This document shows positions 9,534-22,144 of a DNA stretch of 34,219 bases, in pieces. Source of the stretch: Paraspadella gotoi (lineage: Eukaryota > Animalia > Chaetognatha); contig CM119266.1 of assembly GCA_051294375.1 (NCBI GenBank), positions 23,817,914 to 23,852,132 of the forward strand. The letters run 5' to 3'. Made by a program: the position numbers and the translations under genes. The notes under the pieces were generated by a model that saw only the letters and a program-made list of their open reading frames with translations, was not told the origin of the DNA and ran no database searches. Within the stretch, counting starts at the first letter, position 1. Every line of letters begins with the position of its first letter.

Positions 9534-12198
9534 AGGGTAAAGTTGTACAAATTTTCCGCTCTTGTACTCTTTATTTCGCTTTTTCTTTCCAGCTTCGTTT
9601 ACTCTCCGCGGTTAATTTTTACTTTCTTTTTTTATCTTTCTAAAAATTCTTTCTCAAAAAATCCTGTTTTGTTGCTACAAACACGTCGCAACGAAATTTA
9701 CAAAATTTCAAAATGTATTTGAAGAATATTTTTTCGTTTCCGTTTCCTTGTTTATTTTTTTCATTTTTGTAATGTACTTTTTATTTAAGGGGAGAGTGCC
9801 GTTTAAGTCAAAGTGCTTTACGAAAAATAATTTGAAAAAATATTTAAGTGATGAGAAAGCAACGAGAAAAAAGTAATTGGACGTAGAGTTCAACGTCCTT
9901 CGTCCTGTTAATTTTTTATATAGAATGAAACTTTGTCTTTTAATGGTTAAATGCTCGAAAAATTAAAATTATTATTTATATGTAGATTACCTTTTTTGGG
10001 AAAAACTTGTATACTTGTCCTCTGCCCAGTTTGATATTTTAGGTTTAAAAAAAAAACAAACCCACAAAATTAAGGAGGAATTCTGAAACTTGAAATTTTC
10101 TCAATTAATCTCCAAGGATTCAGTTTCACGGTCAAGAAAACTGAATATATGCCGCGATAATCCTTGGCTTTGAATATTCTATTAAAACTCTCTCTCTCTC
10201 ATCACTCTCTCTCTCTCTCTCCTCTCTCTCCACCCTATTATCACTAAATCTCTCCGAAAAAGCAAGCCCTGAACAAAAAAGGTCTTTATTTCTCCTTTTT
10301 TTATCTTCTCTTTAAGCCCAACTTTCGCATAAGTATTTCATCCAAGTTGATGCAATAGACACTCTTTAAGCCGATATTTTTCTTCTGCTTGTTGTTTTAA
10401 GGCATATAGTAGAGGTAGTAAAGCTAATTCAACTATTGTTTTGTAATGTCATTGAGATCATTACACCAACCTATCTACCCAGTGACGTTCTGCTCCTCTG
10501 CCTTGAGTGAAAAAAGCAAAACGCGCAAGCGCAAAGCGACTCCCCCTCCACATCCATATACAGCTTCCTCCACCCCCCTTTTTCTGGCTTTTTTTTGGCC
10601 CAATTAACCTTATTCAAATTTCCCCCAGTAATGACGAGACCAGATCAAGAAGCCTCAAAGCCGGCCCAAAAAAAAAAGAAGGTCGAAAAATATCTGCGTG
10701 AGAGAACCATATATCACATCGCGCGGAACGGAGCCGTCAATGAAGATGAAAGCGCTTTAAGCCAATAGCGTTCGAGAAAATGTTGTTTGGAAAAGGAGGG
10801 GGGGGCGGAAATAGAGAGTAAAATCCTTTTTCATAAAGAGGATTTTTGCTTTTTGAAGGAGTTAGAAAAGCGTGCGAAAACTTAGCGATCAAAATGCTAT
10901 TTATATCCTAGAAAAACGATTTCACCAAAAAAATGTATTTTGTCAAGTAAAATGTAAATATTCGTACTCTCAGGTGTTTGAATAAAGAAAATTAATTTAA
11001 AAAATCTTCTTGAGAAAGATTTAATCGCGTTTAGTTAAGAACAGAATAAAAAGTTAGTTTTTCTGCTTTCTTAACATATTAAACACTCGAATCTATGTAT
11101 GAGAATTGAACAAAAAATGTCAGAAAGAGACTTAAATAATTTAAGCATTATATGTAAACTTTAACTTTGATATATATTTTTTATTTCTGACGAAATTATT
11201 TGTTGTTTTCTCATTATTTATTCCATTCCAATTTTTGCATCGTCAGCAACATTGCTCTTTCCAATAGTTATCTTCCATCCTCAGGCGAACTTAAAAGTAG
11301 AACGGCGAAACTAGAGACTAAACAGCGACACCGGACCACGGTCATCAATCTCGGCTGAACTTAAAACAGAAAACAATGCGTGTGAAAGTTTGAAGTTAAC
11401 CGTGTGAACTAGATCTCTCTTCACGTCGTCATTAAAAAAGTTGTTTAAAAAAAAGAAAACTTTAATTAAAATTAATCGAGAATTCTGTTTTTTTCTTCTC
11501 ATCTAAAATCATTTTTCTCGAGAAAAAAAAGAAAAAAAACATTTATAATCGACGTCGAATGAAGACTCTCGGCTTCCAATTCAATGAAAGTTGTGAAAAA
11601 ATGATGTGAAGGAAGTGAATGGGAAGAAGGGGGGGAAATAAACTAAGAAAATCAACAAGAGATACAGAAGAGAGAGCAGAGAGAGAGAGAGGAGATGAGA
11701 GAGAAGAGGAGAGTGAGGAGAGAGAGAGAGAGAGAGAGAGCAATACGATTTGGGGGCAGAGAGAAAAATGAGAAAAATGTTGAGACTCGGATCTGTTTTT
11801 GAAGAAGAGGGCAATCCCTCCTCACCTTTCCCCTCGAGGAAATCATCAAGTCATAGGAGAAATGCGGGATGCCTTTGTGGTATGTGGGGAAGACGGTGTT
11901 GTTTGTGGGGAGTAGAGTCTGGAACGCAAAAGTGGGTGTGGAGCGTTGCAGGTGGAATAGAAAGGGAGATGAAAGTGGAGCAAGTATAGAAAAGGGTAGA
12001 GGAGAGGAGTCCGGGGAAAATATGAAGGAGCAGTTTTTCGGTGGGAAGAGGGTTTCAGCTGAGAGTGGGAGTGGGCAGTATCTTTTTTTTTGTCGAGGAT
12101 AAATTGCCGCTTCATAGTTCAACACTGCAGAAAGCCACGGAAAAGCGGACGACGTGCGTAGAAGAGGACGAGANNNNNNNNNNNNNNNNNNNNNNNNN

Positions 12199-12538
12199 GA
12201 GAGAGAGAGAGAGAGACGGTGATAAACGAGAACGTATTGAAAACCAGGTCCCCATACATCCATAAAAGCGAATCGAAAGGTTAAAGGAAAGGAAATCCTT
12301 CTCCACGATGATCCCCTTTTAGTTTTTAATGGTTCGAGTAAAACTTTCGTCGCGAAGAAGAAGAAAAAAAATTTGACTTTTAGATAAAAAAAATAAATAA
12401 AAAATTTTAAAAATGAGGATAAAATAGATGGAAAAGTAAAACGACGACGTTTTTAAGCCGAAAAGGAGGGAAATTTCAAAGAATTTATAACCAATGATTT
12501 CGTTTTTTCGTCGTTTTTGGGCCCTGAAAGAAGTAAGG

Positions 12539-12621
<83 letters not shown>

Positions 12622-14026
12622 AAGAGAGAATCTCATTTCTCGCCATCGCCCATCCGCTCACCTCGTCGAGTTCCATGTCGCCCCACCGCGTTATAGATCG
12701 GGGAAAAAAAGAAAAAAAAGGGAAAAAGAAAAAAGAAAAAAAGAGGAACCGGAGCTCAATTGGGTTCTTCTTTGTGTTGGAAGGTTTATGGTTATTCCGG
12801 TGCAATTATAGCCATAAAACTCATAGCCTGAGACGTCGTGTGATGGAGAATCGAAATGAGGGAGGGGAAGAAAGAAAGACAAAAAAAAAGGGAAAAAAGG
12901 AAAAAAAGAAAAGAAAAAGAATTCCGGCTCGAGAGTCGATAGAGGTGAAGGATAATGAATGAAAGAAAAAAAACAGAAATGAGCAAAGAAAAGAAAAGAA
13001 AAGAAGAGAAGAAAAGAAAAGAAATAGAGAAAAGAAAAGAAAAGAAAAGAAAAGAAAAAAAGCGGTAAAAGAACCTTAATAAAAGCAGAACAAATAATAA
13101 GGACTTTGAGAAATTCATCCCATGGATCCAGTAAGAAAGTAAGCAAAAAAAAAAGAAATACGCTGTACTTTTTAATTTAAAAACATCGTGTCCCGAGGGA
13201 ATATTAAGACTCTTTTTTTGTAACTCAGCAAAAGCAAATAAAGGGGACAAAAACGCACAACTCATTACTTATTCCATTCCTCGTTGGGTGGTCGCTTAAT
13301 GCTTAAATGTCATTTTTATCTTTCAACTAAATTAATACTTTATGATAGTTAAAGAATATTTCTTTTGAAATATAACCGGATTAAAATTATTCTCTTCAGA
13401 AATGTCACTAAAATTTTACTGAGATGCCGACACTGCAGGATAGCAGGAATGAGGACCGAGGGGTTCCTATTCGTCAGAGTACCCATCATTCCTTCAAGCG
13501 GCTGACAGAATATAAAGTTATTCAAAAGATGCATGTTCGCATCACAAAACTGTTCGAAGAAAACAAACCGAAAAAAAAATGGGAATTTCTTTTTCTTTTC
13601 TGTTTTTTGCCGGAAATTCTCTTCGGCGCCGATCAGCCTTGAGACGCAAAACTCCGCCGAGAATATGGGGAAATGTTTAGAAGGGGAGGAAGGAGGGTTT
13701 GACTAAAATAAGGAGATGGAAACGTGGGAGTGACTTGGAATTTTGCAAGACGGTCGGAGAAGAGACAAGGATAGACTCATGGTTGGGCTCTCTGTCTGGA
13801 ATTCTTTTTTTTTTTTTTTTTAAACGACCCGGGCAACAATCAGTAATGAGTTCGGGAGATGTGTTTAAAGTTTGAAGTTCGGTTGAAAATAGAAACAGAA
13901 AACTGACTAAAAACAAAAGTGAATCGCCAAGGAAACTCGGGTACGATAGGCGAGAGAGAAAAAAATTGAAGGAGGAAGGAAAAAGATGGGCAAGGGAGAG
14001 AGGCGAAAGCGACGGGGGTGGCGGAC

Positions 14027-14078
<52 letters not shown>

Positions 14079-14717
14079 GGAAGTCGTTACAAATTTTCCG
14101 CCTCTTTACTCTTTCTTTCGCTTTTTTCTTTCCACTTGTTTACTCTCGCGGTTACTTTTTCTTTTCTTTTTTTATCTTTCTAAAAATTCTTTTCTCAAAA
14201 AATCTTGTTTTGATTTGCTCAACACGTCGCAACGAAATTTACAAAATTCAAAAATGTATTTGAAGAATATTTTTCGTTCCGTTTCTTGTTTATTTTTTCA
14301 TTTTTGTATTTGTACTTTTTTATTTTAAGGGGAGAGTGGCCGTTTAATCAAAGTGCTTTACGAAAAATATTTAAAAAAATATTTAAGTGATGAGAAAGCA
14401 ACGAGAAAAAAGTAATTGGACGAGAGTTCACGTCCTTCGTCCTGTTAATTTTTTATATAGAATGAACTTTGTCTTTAATGGTTAAATGCTCAAAAAAATT
14501 AAAATTATTATTTATATGTAGATTACCTTTTTTGGGAAAACTTGTATACTTGTCCTCTGCCCAGTTTGATATTTTAGGTTAAAAAAAAAAACAAACACAA
14601 AATAAGAGAAGGAATTCTGAAACTTGAAATTTTCTCATTTAATCTCCAAGGATTCAGTTTCACGGTCAAGAAAACCTGAATATATTCGCGATAATCCTTG
14701 GCTTTGAAATATTTATT

Positions 14718-14752
<35 letters not shown>

Positions 14753-16557
14753 CTCTCCACCCTATTTCACTAAATCTCTCCGAAAAGCAAGCCTGAAACA
14801 AAAAAGGTCTTTATTTCTCCTTTTCTTTTATCTTCTCTTTTAAGCCCAACTTTCGCATAGTATTTCATCCCAAGTTGATGCCAATGACCCTCTTTAAGCC
14901 GATATTTTTTCTTCTCTTGTTGTTTTAGGCATCTAGTAGAGGTAGTAAAGCTAATTCAACTATTGTTTGTAATGTCATTGGAAGATCAGTTTACACCAAC
15001 CTCAATCTACCCAGTGACGTTCTGCTCCTCCCTTGAGTGAAAAAAGCAACCGCAAGCCAAAGCGACCTCCCCCCCTCCCACATCCATATACAAGCTTCCT
15101 CCCCCCCTTTTTTTCTGGCTTTTTTTGGCCCAATTACCTTTATTCAAATTTCCCCCAGTAATGACGAGACAGATCAAGAAGCCTCAAGCGGCCCAAAAAA
15201 AAGAAGGTCGAAAAATTATCTGCGTTGAGAGAACCATATATCACATCGCGCGGACGGAGCCGTCCAATGAAGAGAAGCGCTTTAAGCCAATAGCGTTCGA
15301 GAAAATGTTGTTTGAAAAAGGAGGGGGGGCGGAATAAGAGAGTAAAATCCTTTTTTCATAAAGGAGGATTTTTGCTTTTTGAAGGAGTTAAAAAGCGTGC
15401 AAAACTTAGCGATCAAAATGCTATTTATCCTAGAAAAACGATTCACCAAAAAAAATTGTATTTTGTCAAGTAAAATGTAAACATTCGTACTCTCAGGTGG
15501 TTTTGAATAAAGAAATTATTTAAAAAAATCTTCTTGAGAAAAGATTTAATCGCGTTTAGTTAGAACAGAATATAAAGTTAGTTTTCTGCTTTTTACATAT
15601 AAACACTCGATCTATGTATGAATTGAACAAAAATTTCAGAAAGAGACTTAAATATTTAACATTATATGTAACTTTAACTTTATATATATTTTTTATTTCT
15701 GAGAAATTATTTGTTGTTTTCTTCATTTATTTCATTCCATTCACAAATTTTGCATCGTCAGCAACATTGCTCTTTCCATTATTTCTTCATCCTCAGGCGA
15801 CTTAAAAGTAGACGCAAAACTAGAGACTAAACAGCGACACCGACCACGGTCATCATCTCGGCTCACTTAAAACAGAAACAATCGTGTGAAGTTTGAAGTA
15901 AAACCTGTGACTAGATCCTCTCTCAACGTCGTCATTAAAAAAGTTGTTTAAAAAAAAAGAGAAAACTTTTAATTAAAATTAATCGAATTCTGTTTTTTTC
16001 TTCTCATCTAAAATTCATTTTCTCGGAAAAAAAAGAAAAAAAACATTTATAATCGACGTCGAATGAAATCGACTCCGGCTTCCAATTCAAGAAAGTTGTG
16101 AAAAAATGATGTGAAGGAAGTGAAATGGGAAGAAGGGGGGGGAAATAAACTAAGAAAACAACAAGAGATACAGAGAGAGAGAGCAGACGGAGAGAGAGAG
16201 GGATGAGAGTGACGCGAGAGAGGATGAGGATGAGAGAGAGAGAGAGAGAGAGAGAGAGCAATACGATTTGGGGGCAGAGAGAAAAATGAGAAAAATAGGA
16301 AAATGTTGAGACTCGGATCTGTTTTGAAGAAAGGGCACTCCTCCCCCTTTCCCTCGAGGAAATCATCAGTCATAGGAGAATGCGGGATGCCTTTGGTGGT
16401 TGTGGGCGAAGACGTGGTTGTTTGTGGAGAGAGTGTGGAAGAAAAGTGGGTGGGAGGTGAGGTGGAATAGAAGGGAGATGAAAGTGGAGCAAGATAGAAA
16501 GGGTAGAGAGAGGGAGTCGGGGAAATATGAAGAGCAGATTTTTCGGTGGGAAGAGGG
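12199..16557 (+). repeat. Block A copy 2 (~4.36 kb); probable gap-filling artefact
   Basis: Begins immediately after a 25-N spacer (12174-12198), ends at an N gap (16558-16860), and shows indel-dominated divergence from copy 1. Confidence 0.9.
14027..14077. repeat. (GCG)17 trinucleotide repeat (block A copy 2)
   Basis: Seventeen perfect GCG units. Confidence 0.95.
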
Positions 16558-18275
16558 NNNNNNNNNNNNNNNNNNNNNNNNNNNNNNNNNNNNNNNNNNN
16601 NNNNNNNNNNNNNNNNNNNNNNNNNNNNNNNNNNNNNNNNNNNNNNNNNNNNNNNNNNNNNNNNNNNNNNNNNNNNNNNNNNNNNNNNNNNNNNNNNNNN
16701 NNNNNNNNNNNNNNNNNNNNNNNNNNNNNNNNNNNNNNNNNNNNNNNNNNNNNNNNNNNNNNNNNNNNNNNNNNNNNNNNNNNNNNNNNNNNNNNNNNNN
16801 NNNNNNNNNNNNNNNNNNNNNNNNNNNNNNNNNNNNNNNNNNNNNNNNNNNNNNNNNNNNCATAAAAGGTCGGAATTACATTATGAAAGCATCGGTTTTA
16901 CGAGAAGATTTATCGTCTCTTCGCTGCGTCGGTCACTTTTGATTTTTCCGCCTTCACGTTTTCACTCCGCGTTAAACGCGTCCACTCATTCACTCGTTTC
17001 CGGTCTTTAGACGTCGCGACATTAAATTCACGTCGTGTTTGTATTTGGAATGACGGAATCTAAAGCATTCGTTGTATTCAAAATTTATCATTATCAACAA
17101 AGTTTTTGAGGTAATCAACAAAGTTTTCTCTTGAAAAAAAAAAACAAAACGAGGATGAAAAAGTTCATCCAAACTTGCTTTTCATTCGATAATTAAATAA
17201 TTTTTAAAAAAACTAATTATATACAAAAAAAATCATTAAACTCACTCTGAGCGGCGTGGATGATGAAGAAGATCGATTCCCTCCGGCGTTGATCCAAAGA
17301 GGGAGGTGAGTGCCGCCCAATTCCGGGTTCATCTGTCAAAGTCAAGAAAAGAAAAAAGAAAATGAAAAAAAAAGAAAAAAGAAAATGAAAAAAAAAGAAA
17401 AAAGTAAAAAAGAAAAGAGGTTAAAACGCGAAAATCCATTTTTTTTCGGGAGCTCGGCCGGCGAGAGACTTCAAAGTCGCGTGAGATTCTTAAAATCCAC
17501 ATCGAGCGACGCAAAGGTCAAAGCCAAGCCCGACGATGGGCCTCATTTATCTCTATCGAGGCCGCTCCGTCTCTCATCTCTCTCATCTCTCTCTCATCTC
17601 TCATCTCATCTCTCTCCATGCTCTCTTGCTCAGATCATCCATCTTTCTCTTTTTTTCCATCCTTTTTTTTCTTTTTTTTCAACTCACTCTCACAGTGGCC
17701 CGCGACCGCGCCCTTACATGATCCTCAGCCCCCCGACACGAGAATAAAAAAGCAAGTTTTATTAAAAAATGAAGATAATCAAACCCTTCTGAATTGATGT
17801 TTTTCATTTGGTCTATGGGACAGTTTATTTCTACTCACGTTTTTTATCTCTTTCTTTTCTTTCTTTTATCCTCTTAGAAGTGAAATCTACTCATCGGTTT
17901 TCCTCAAGTATATTCACCTCTCCCGGTGGGCATTCTTTCTCTCTACTCATCTTCTTGACTAATTCTTTATTCCTCGAGTCTCTTTTTTAACCATTTACTC
18001 GGGAAAATATAGCCGGTTTCTATTCGTTCTCTTTCTTCTGGTTTTCTTATTTTTACTATAAAGTTGTTATCAATCTTTTGGAAATATTCGTCTGCCGCAA
18101 GGCTGGTAAATTTAAAATCCCGATTTTTTTTTATATACATACTTTTACCTTCACTAATATCGGAAAAAGTTCGTTTACTCTTTTACGCCCGTAGTGTTTC
18201 TCTTTTTTATATTTTTTTTTTTTAACACAATAGAATTGGAAACTAAACACCGGTTTGCTCTACGATTTTTTTTCC

Positions 18276-18306
<31 letters not shown>

Positions 18307-19225
18307 TTTTTATTTCTTGTTCTTTTAAAACGCTCACTAGAATTGGGAACAATAAAAATAAAATCGTCTTTTCCCTCCTCCCTTGGTTATTGTTTAAAGT
18401 TTTCTGCCTTCGGAAATGATTCTTTTACGCCGAGAAAAAGGGGTTCGGGTTTTTCTACTATGTTGAGTAACTTTAAAAAAATAAACCCAACTCGGTGTTT
18501 ATCTATTCGAGAAGTAGAAGAGGAAGGCTAAACATTAAAAATTTCTAACTCGAAGAGAAAATACGAAGTACATCGATACGAGACGTCCAGAAGGGAGTAA
18601 CGGTAAGGCAATCGCAATATCACGTTAATCTCATATCTCGACCGAAAGTGACGAGATGGGTAGGCAACTGGTCTGGTGCGACTATTCTTATATAATTTCA
18701 ATAAATATAAAATAATTTATTACTAAGTTATTTGTGCTCATTTGAGTGTTTTTTGTCTCTTCGTTCCTCTAATTATGTCTTCCTTTATCTTTTTTTCCTT
18801 TTCCGGTCGTGATCAAACTGTTTAATGAGGGCTAATTTTTATCCCTGATTAGAGTCGGATCCGTGAATGGAGGTGAGAGGAAAGTGATGCGCGAAAGATG
18901 GTCCCGACTTGGTTCCTTTTGTCGTCGAGGGTAAGGATTAGGGTAAGGACGCGATGCGGTGAAAAGAATTTGGGGCACGGGATGAGACTTCACAAAAATG
19001 TAGGGAAATGGTTCCAGAATTAATTAAGTGTAGCGTCGTTTTGTCTAATCACATCGACGCCTTGACTTATAAAATTTTTTCGTTTTAATTAAATACTTTT
19101 TCGTGGCCTTTTATAAAAAAATAAATTAATAAAGAACTTGGAAAATAAAAAAATTAACAAAAAATAATAATAAATGAATTAACATAAGGTCTATTGGCAA
19201 CTGAAAAATTAAATGTAAATAGCTT

Positions 19226-21163
19226 TTCAGGTCAAAGACGTCGTTTAAATAGATGCACGAACCCAAAAATAGAACGACAACTTTGATAATAAAATGGAGT
19301 GAGTCCAGAATTTTGTAAAGACCTGTGATAACGTTAATATTATTATTCTTACTCTTGGCATATCAAAGAGAGAGCTGGCCAATAGCATCATTCGATCACG
19401 AATATTTCCGTCCAATAGCGAACGCAAATAAAAATCACGGCGATGTTTGGGAGGGATCAAAGACTTCGGCGATTTTGAAACAAACCGTAAATCGTCGGAC
19501 GCCGTGAAGCAGAACGAGACGCGGCGAAACAAGAGACGAGCTAGCGGTTTGTGCACGTCAGAGTCGTGACGCTCAACCGATCCCCGAACTGGATACAGAA
19601 AACCGGTGGACTTAGTGGCTTTGACTTTGTGACCTGGTTGTCGTGATCAATTCGCTATTCAATGCCGGCGATTTTTTACAACTCGAACTGATGTTCGAAG
19701 TCAAAGTTTATCAAAAGACAATTTAAGAATTACTAATTTAATATTATCTATTTGGTTGTAATGTACTTATGTTATTGATCAATTGTTTTGGGATTTTTAA
19801 TGTTTGTTGAAACACTTTGTGATATCGTCAGCCTTATTTAAAAAGGAACTATTTTCAACAGTGCTTGAAAATTTAAAAATAGTGATTATCAACGTTGCGA
19901 TTTACTCGTGACTAGTAAATCCAATCATGGCTCGAGAATAAACATCGACATGAACAAATTATTGAAATAACAATCATAACATTTAACAGCATAATGCCAC
20001 ATCAAGCCTGAAGTGACACCAAGAAAAGTTCAGGCTGCCAAAGTCGGTCTCGGACGTTTGAGGCCGATTGAGAAGGACCTCTTTGCTTTCGGGTCTTTGA
20101 CGTCCACGAAAGAAGAAGAAAAAAAATTAAATAGATAATTAGTCGCAGTCGCTTTTAGCAAAAGCGAGGAGGGGGGGGGGTAGGAAAGTTGGCTTGCGCA
20201 AGGAAGGTGAGAGTTGAGGCGTAGAGTTCGGCGGGGGGGAAGGCGGGCAGAGGAGCTGATCGTGTTTTGTTGCCCTCAATAAATTTATGCATTCTTTTTT
20301 TTCGGTCGTCGTCGTCGTCATAAGTCTCAGGTGAGGTTGAGCGTAGGGTAGTAACGGGCCGTTTTCCCCGGTTAAAAAGAAAAAAAATTTAAGAAAAATA
20401 TTTGGATTTTTTTTTCCTTTTTTATTCTGGGTATATTGATAGGAATTTGGCTATTTTTAAATGCTGCGGGTTTTTTAATAATCTGTCCATGTTCAGTGAG
20501 AGAAGCCTCCAAGCCGGTGCACGACGAACGTAATCGTAAAGGCTCAACTTTAAATTTAATCTCGCTCGATTAATTACATTTTTGGTAGTGTCTCTTTAAG
20601 TTAATAATTTAAATTTGATGGTCCAAAAATATATCATTAAAATTTTTTTAATACATTGATGCTGTGGACGCAACAAGTTTAGAGTAACGCAATGATTTAT
20701 TCTTCAACAACGTTTATAAACAATAATCTAGTACCAAAATGCTCAGTGATGCCTAAGTCTATTACAATGGTAATTTACAAAGGTCAACGTTTACCATAAA
20801 GGTCAAACGGTTTTCGACCATATTAAATGCACCGTTTTGACCTAAATGCATTACGTTTATTTTGTTACACAGATTTCTATTATGTTTATTTTACTACACC
20901 TTGAATTTTCCAACTTTTTTCTTTTTCTTTCTGCGATACTTTCTTATACTTTTTTTTATGTTTTTTGTATACTTTCTTTTCCTTCCCTCTTCTTTTTGTA
21001 TTTCACTCGCCAAAAGGGAAGAACAAAAGAAAGAGTTCTCTAAATTCAAGGTTGAGTCGTCTTCTTAGCATAACGACGAGAAGTATTAGTGAGATCATGG
21101 TTAAAAAAAGGAAAAGAAAAGAGAGAGAGAGAGAGGAGAGGAGAAGAGAGAGAGAGAGAGAGA

Positions 21164-21201
<38 letters not shown>

Positions 21202-22119
21202 AGAGAGAGCGAGGAGAGAAAACGAGAATGATGAGAGATTCCTTTCCTTTTTCATATTTAATTTGATTTTCGCACATTTATTAAAGTAAGCGGGTCGAAA
21301 AATTAAAGATTCAACAGCGGTAAAACTTTTATTTTAGGCAAACAAATTTAAAAAACTCACGTAGTTAAATGACGCAATGATAGGGTCAGGACATCTTGGG
21401 GGTTTTTTTTTTTTTATTCCCCCGTTTGTAAGATCGGAACGGGCGTTGGGTTCGTTTAAAGAGACGCGGACTCTTGTTGGGTTTCCGCGCTTTTAGAAAT
21501 AAGTGAAGCTTCAACTTTGGCGCGAGATTCGTGGTGTAGCTGGGTGGGCGCGGTGGTGCATGGGTGGGATAATGAGAGGCTCTAAAAAACTCATTTAACA
21601 ATTCCACTCGATATTCTCTCTCTCTTCTACTCTCTCTCTCTCTCTCTCCCTCTCTCTCTCTCTCATCGTCTCTATCTCTTCTCACTCTCTCTCTCTCTGT
21701 CTCTCGTTCAATTTCTCCTTTTTCTTTTTTTTTCTCGTTCTAAATCGTATTTAATGAAAGAAAAGATAAAAAAATTATCCCGTTGTTTTTCGAGAGGATA
21801 ATATTATGCTTCGATTTAAGTAGAAATTTTTCTAACTCGAAAAAATTATAATAATTCATTCGTTTAAAACGTCGGATGCTTTTAAACCTTCTCATCCTTT
21901 TTCTTCTTCTCTGCTTCCTCTTATCTGCGCTGTCACTCAACGCCGTGTCTCTCTCTCTCTTCGCTCATCTCTCTCTCTCTCTCTCTCTCTCCGTCATCTT
22001 CGTCTCTTCTCTCTCTCTCTCGCTCTCCTCTCTTGTCTCTCTTTCTCTACCTCCTCGTCTTTCTCTCTTTCTCTCTTGATACTCATCTGTATCTCTCTCT
22101 CCTCTCTCTCTCGCCTACA
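19226..22119 (+). repeat. Block B copy 1 (~2.9 kb)
   Basis: Matches 22145-24995. The distal ~2.06 kb appears identical at offset 2876, with an identical ORF set (e.g. 20139/23015, 21876/24752). The first ~0.8 kb differs by many indels. Confidence 0.97.
19281..19462. promoter_or_regulatory. Cluster of TCF/LEF consensus sites (candidate Wnt-responsive element)
   Basis: CTTTGAT at 19281, ATCAAAG at 19362 and 19456. The second copy shows CTTTGAT at 22197 and ATCAAAG at 22362, 22609 and 22871. Confidence 0.3.
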
Positions 22120-22144
22120 NNNNNNNNNNNNNNNNNNNNNNNNN

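Larger units (their letters stand above)
7400..12052 (+). repeat. Block A copy 1 (~4.65 kb), duplicated at 12199-16557
   Basis: Collinear anchors throughout, from GTGATAAACGAGAACGTATTGAAA (7432 vs ~12219) to TTTCGGTGGGAAGAGGG (ends 12052 vs 16557). Differences are mostly small indels. Left boundary lies within a GA tract and is approximate. Confidence 0.95.

Noticed and set aside
19009-19020. TGGTTCCAGAAT encoding WFQN, as in homeodomain helix 3
   Set aside because: Immediately followed by TAA rather than RR, and the upstream frame (VRIRVRTRCGEKNLGHGMRLHKNVGK) lacks homeodomain residues; treated as chance.
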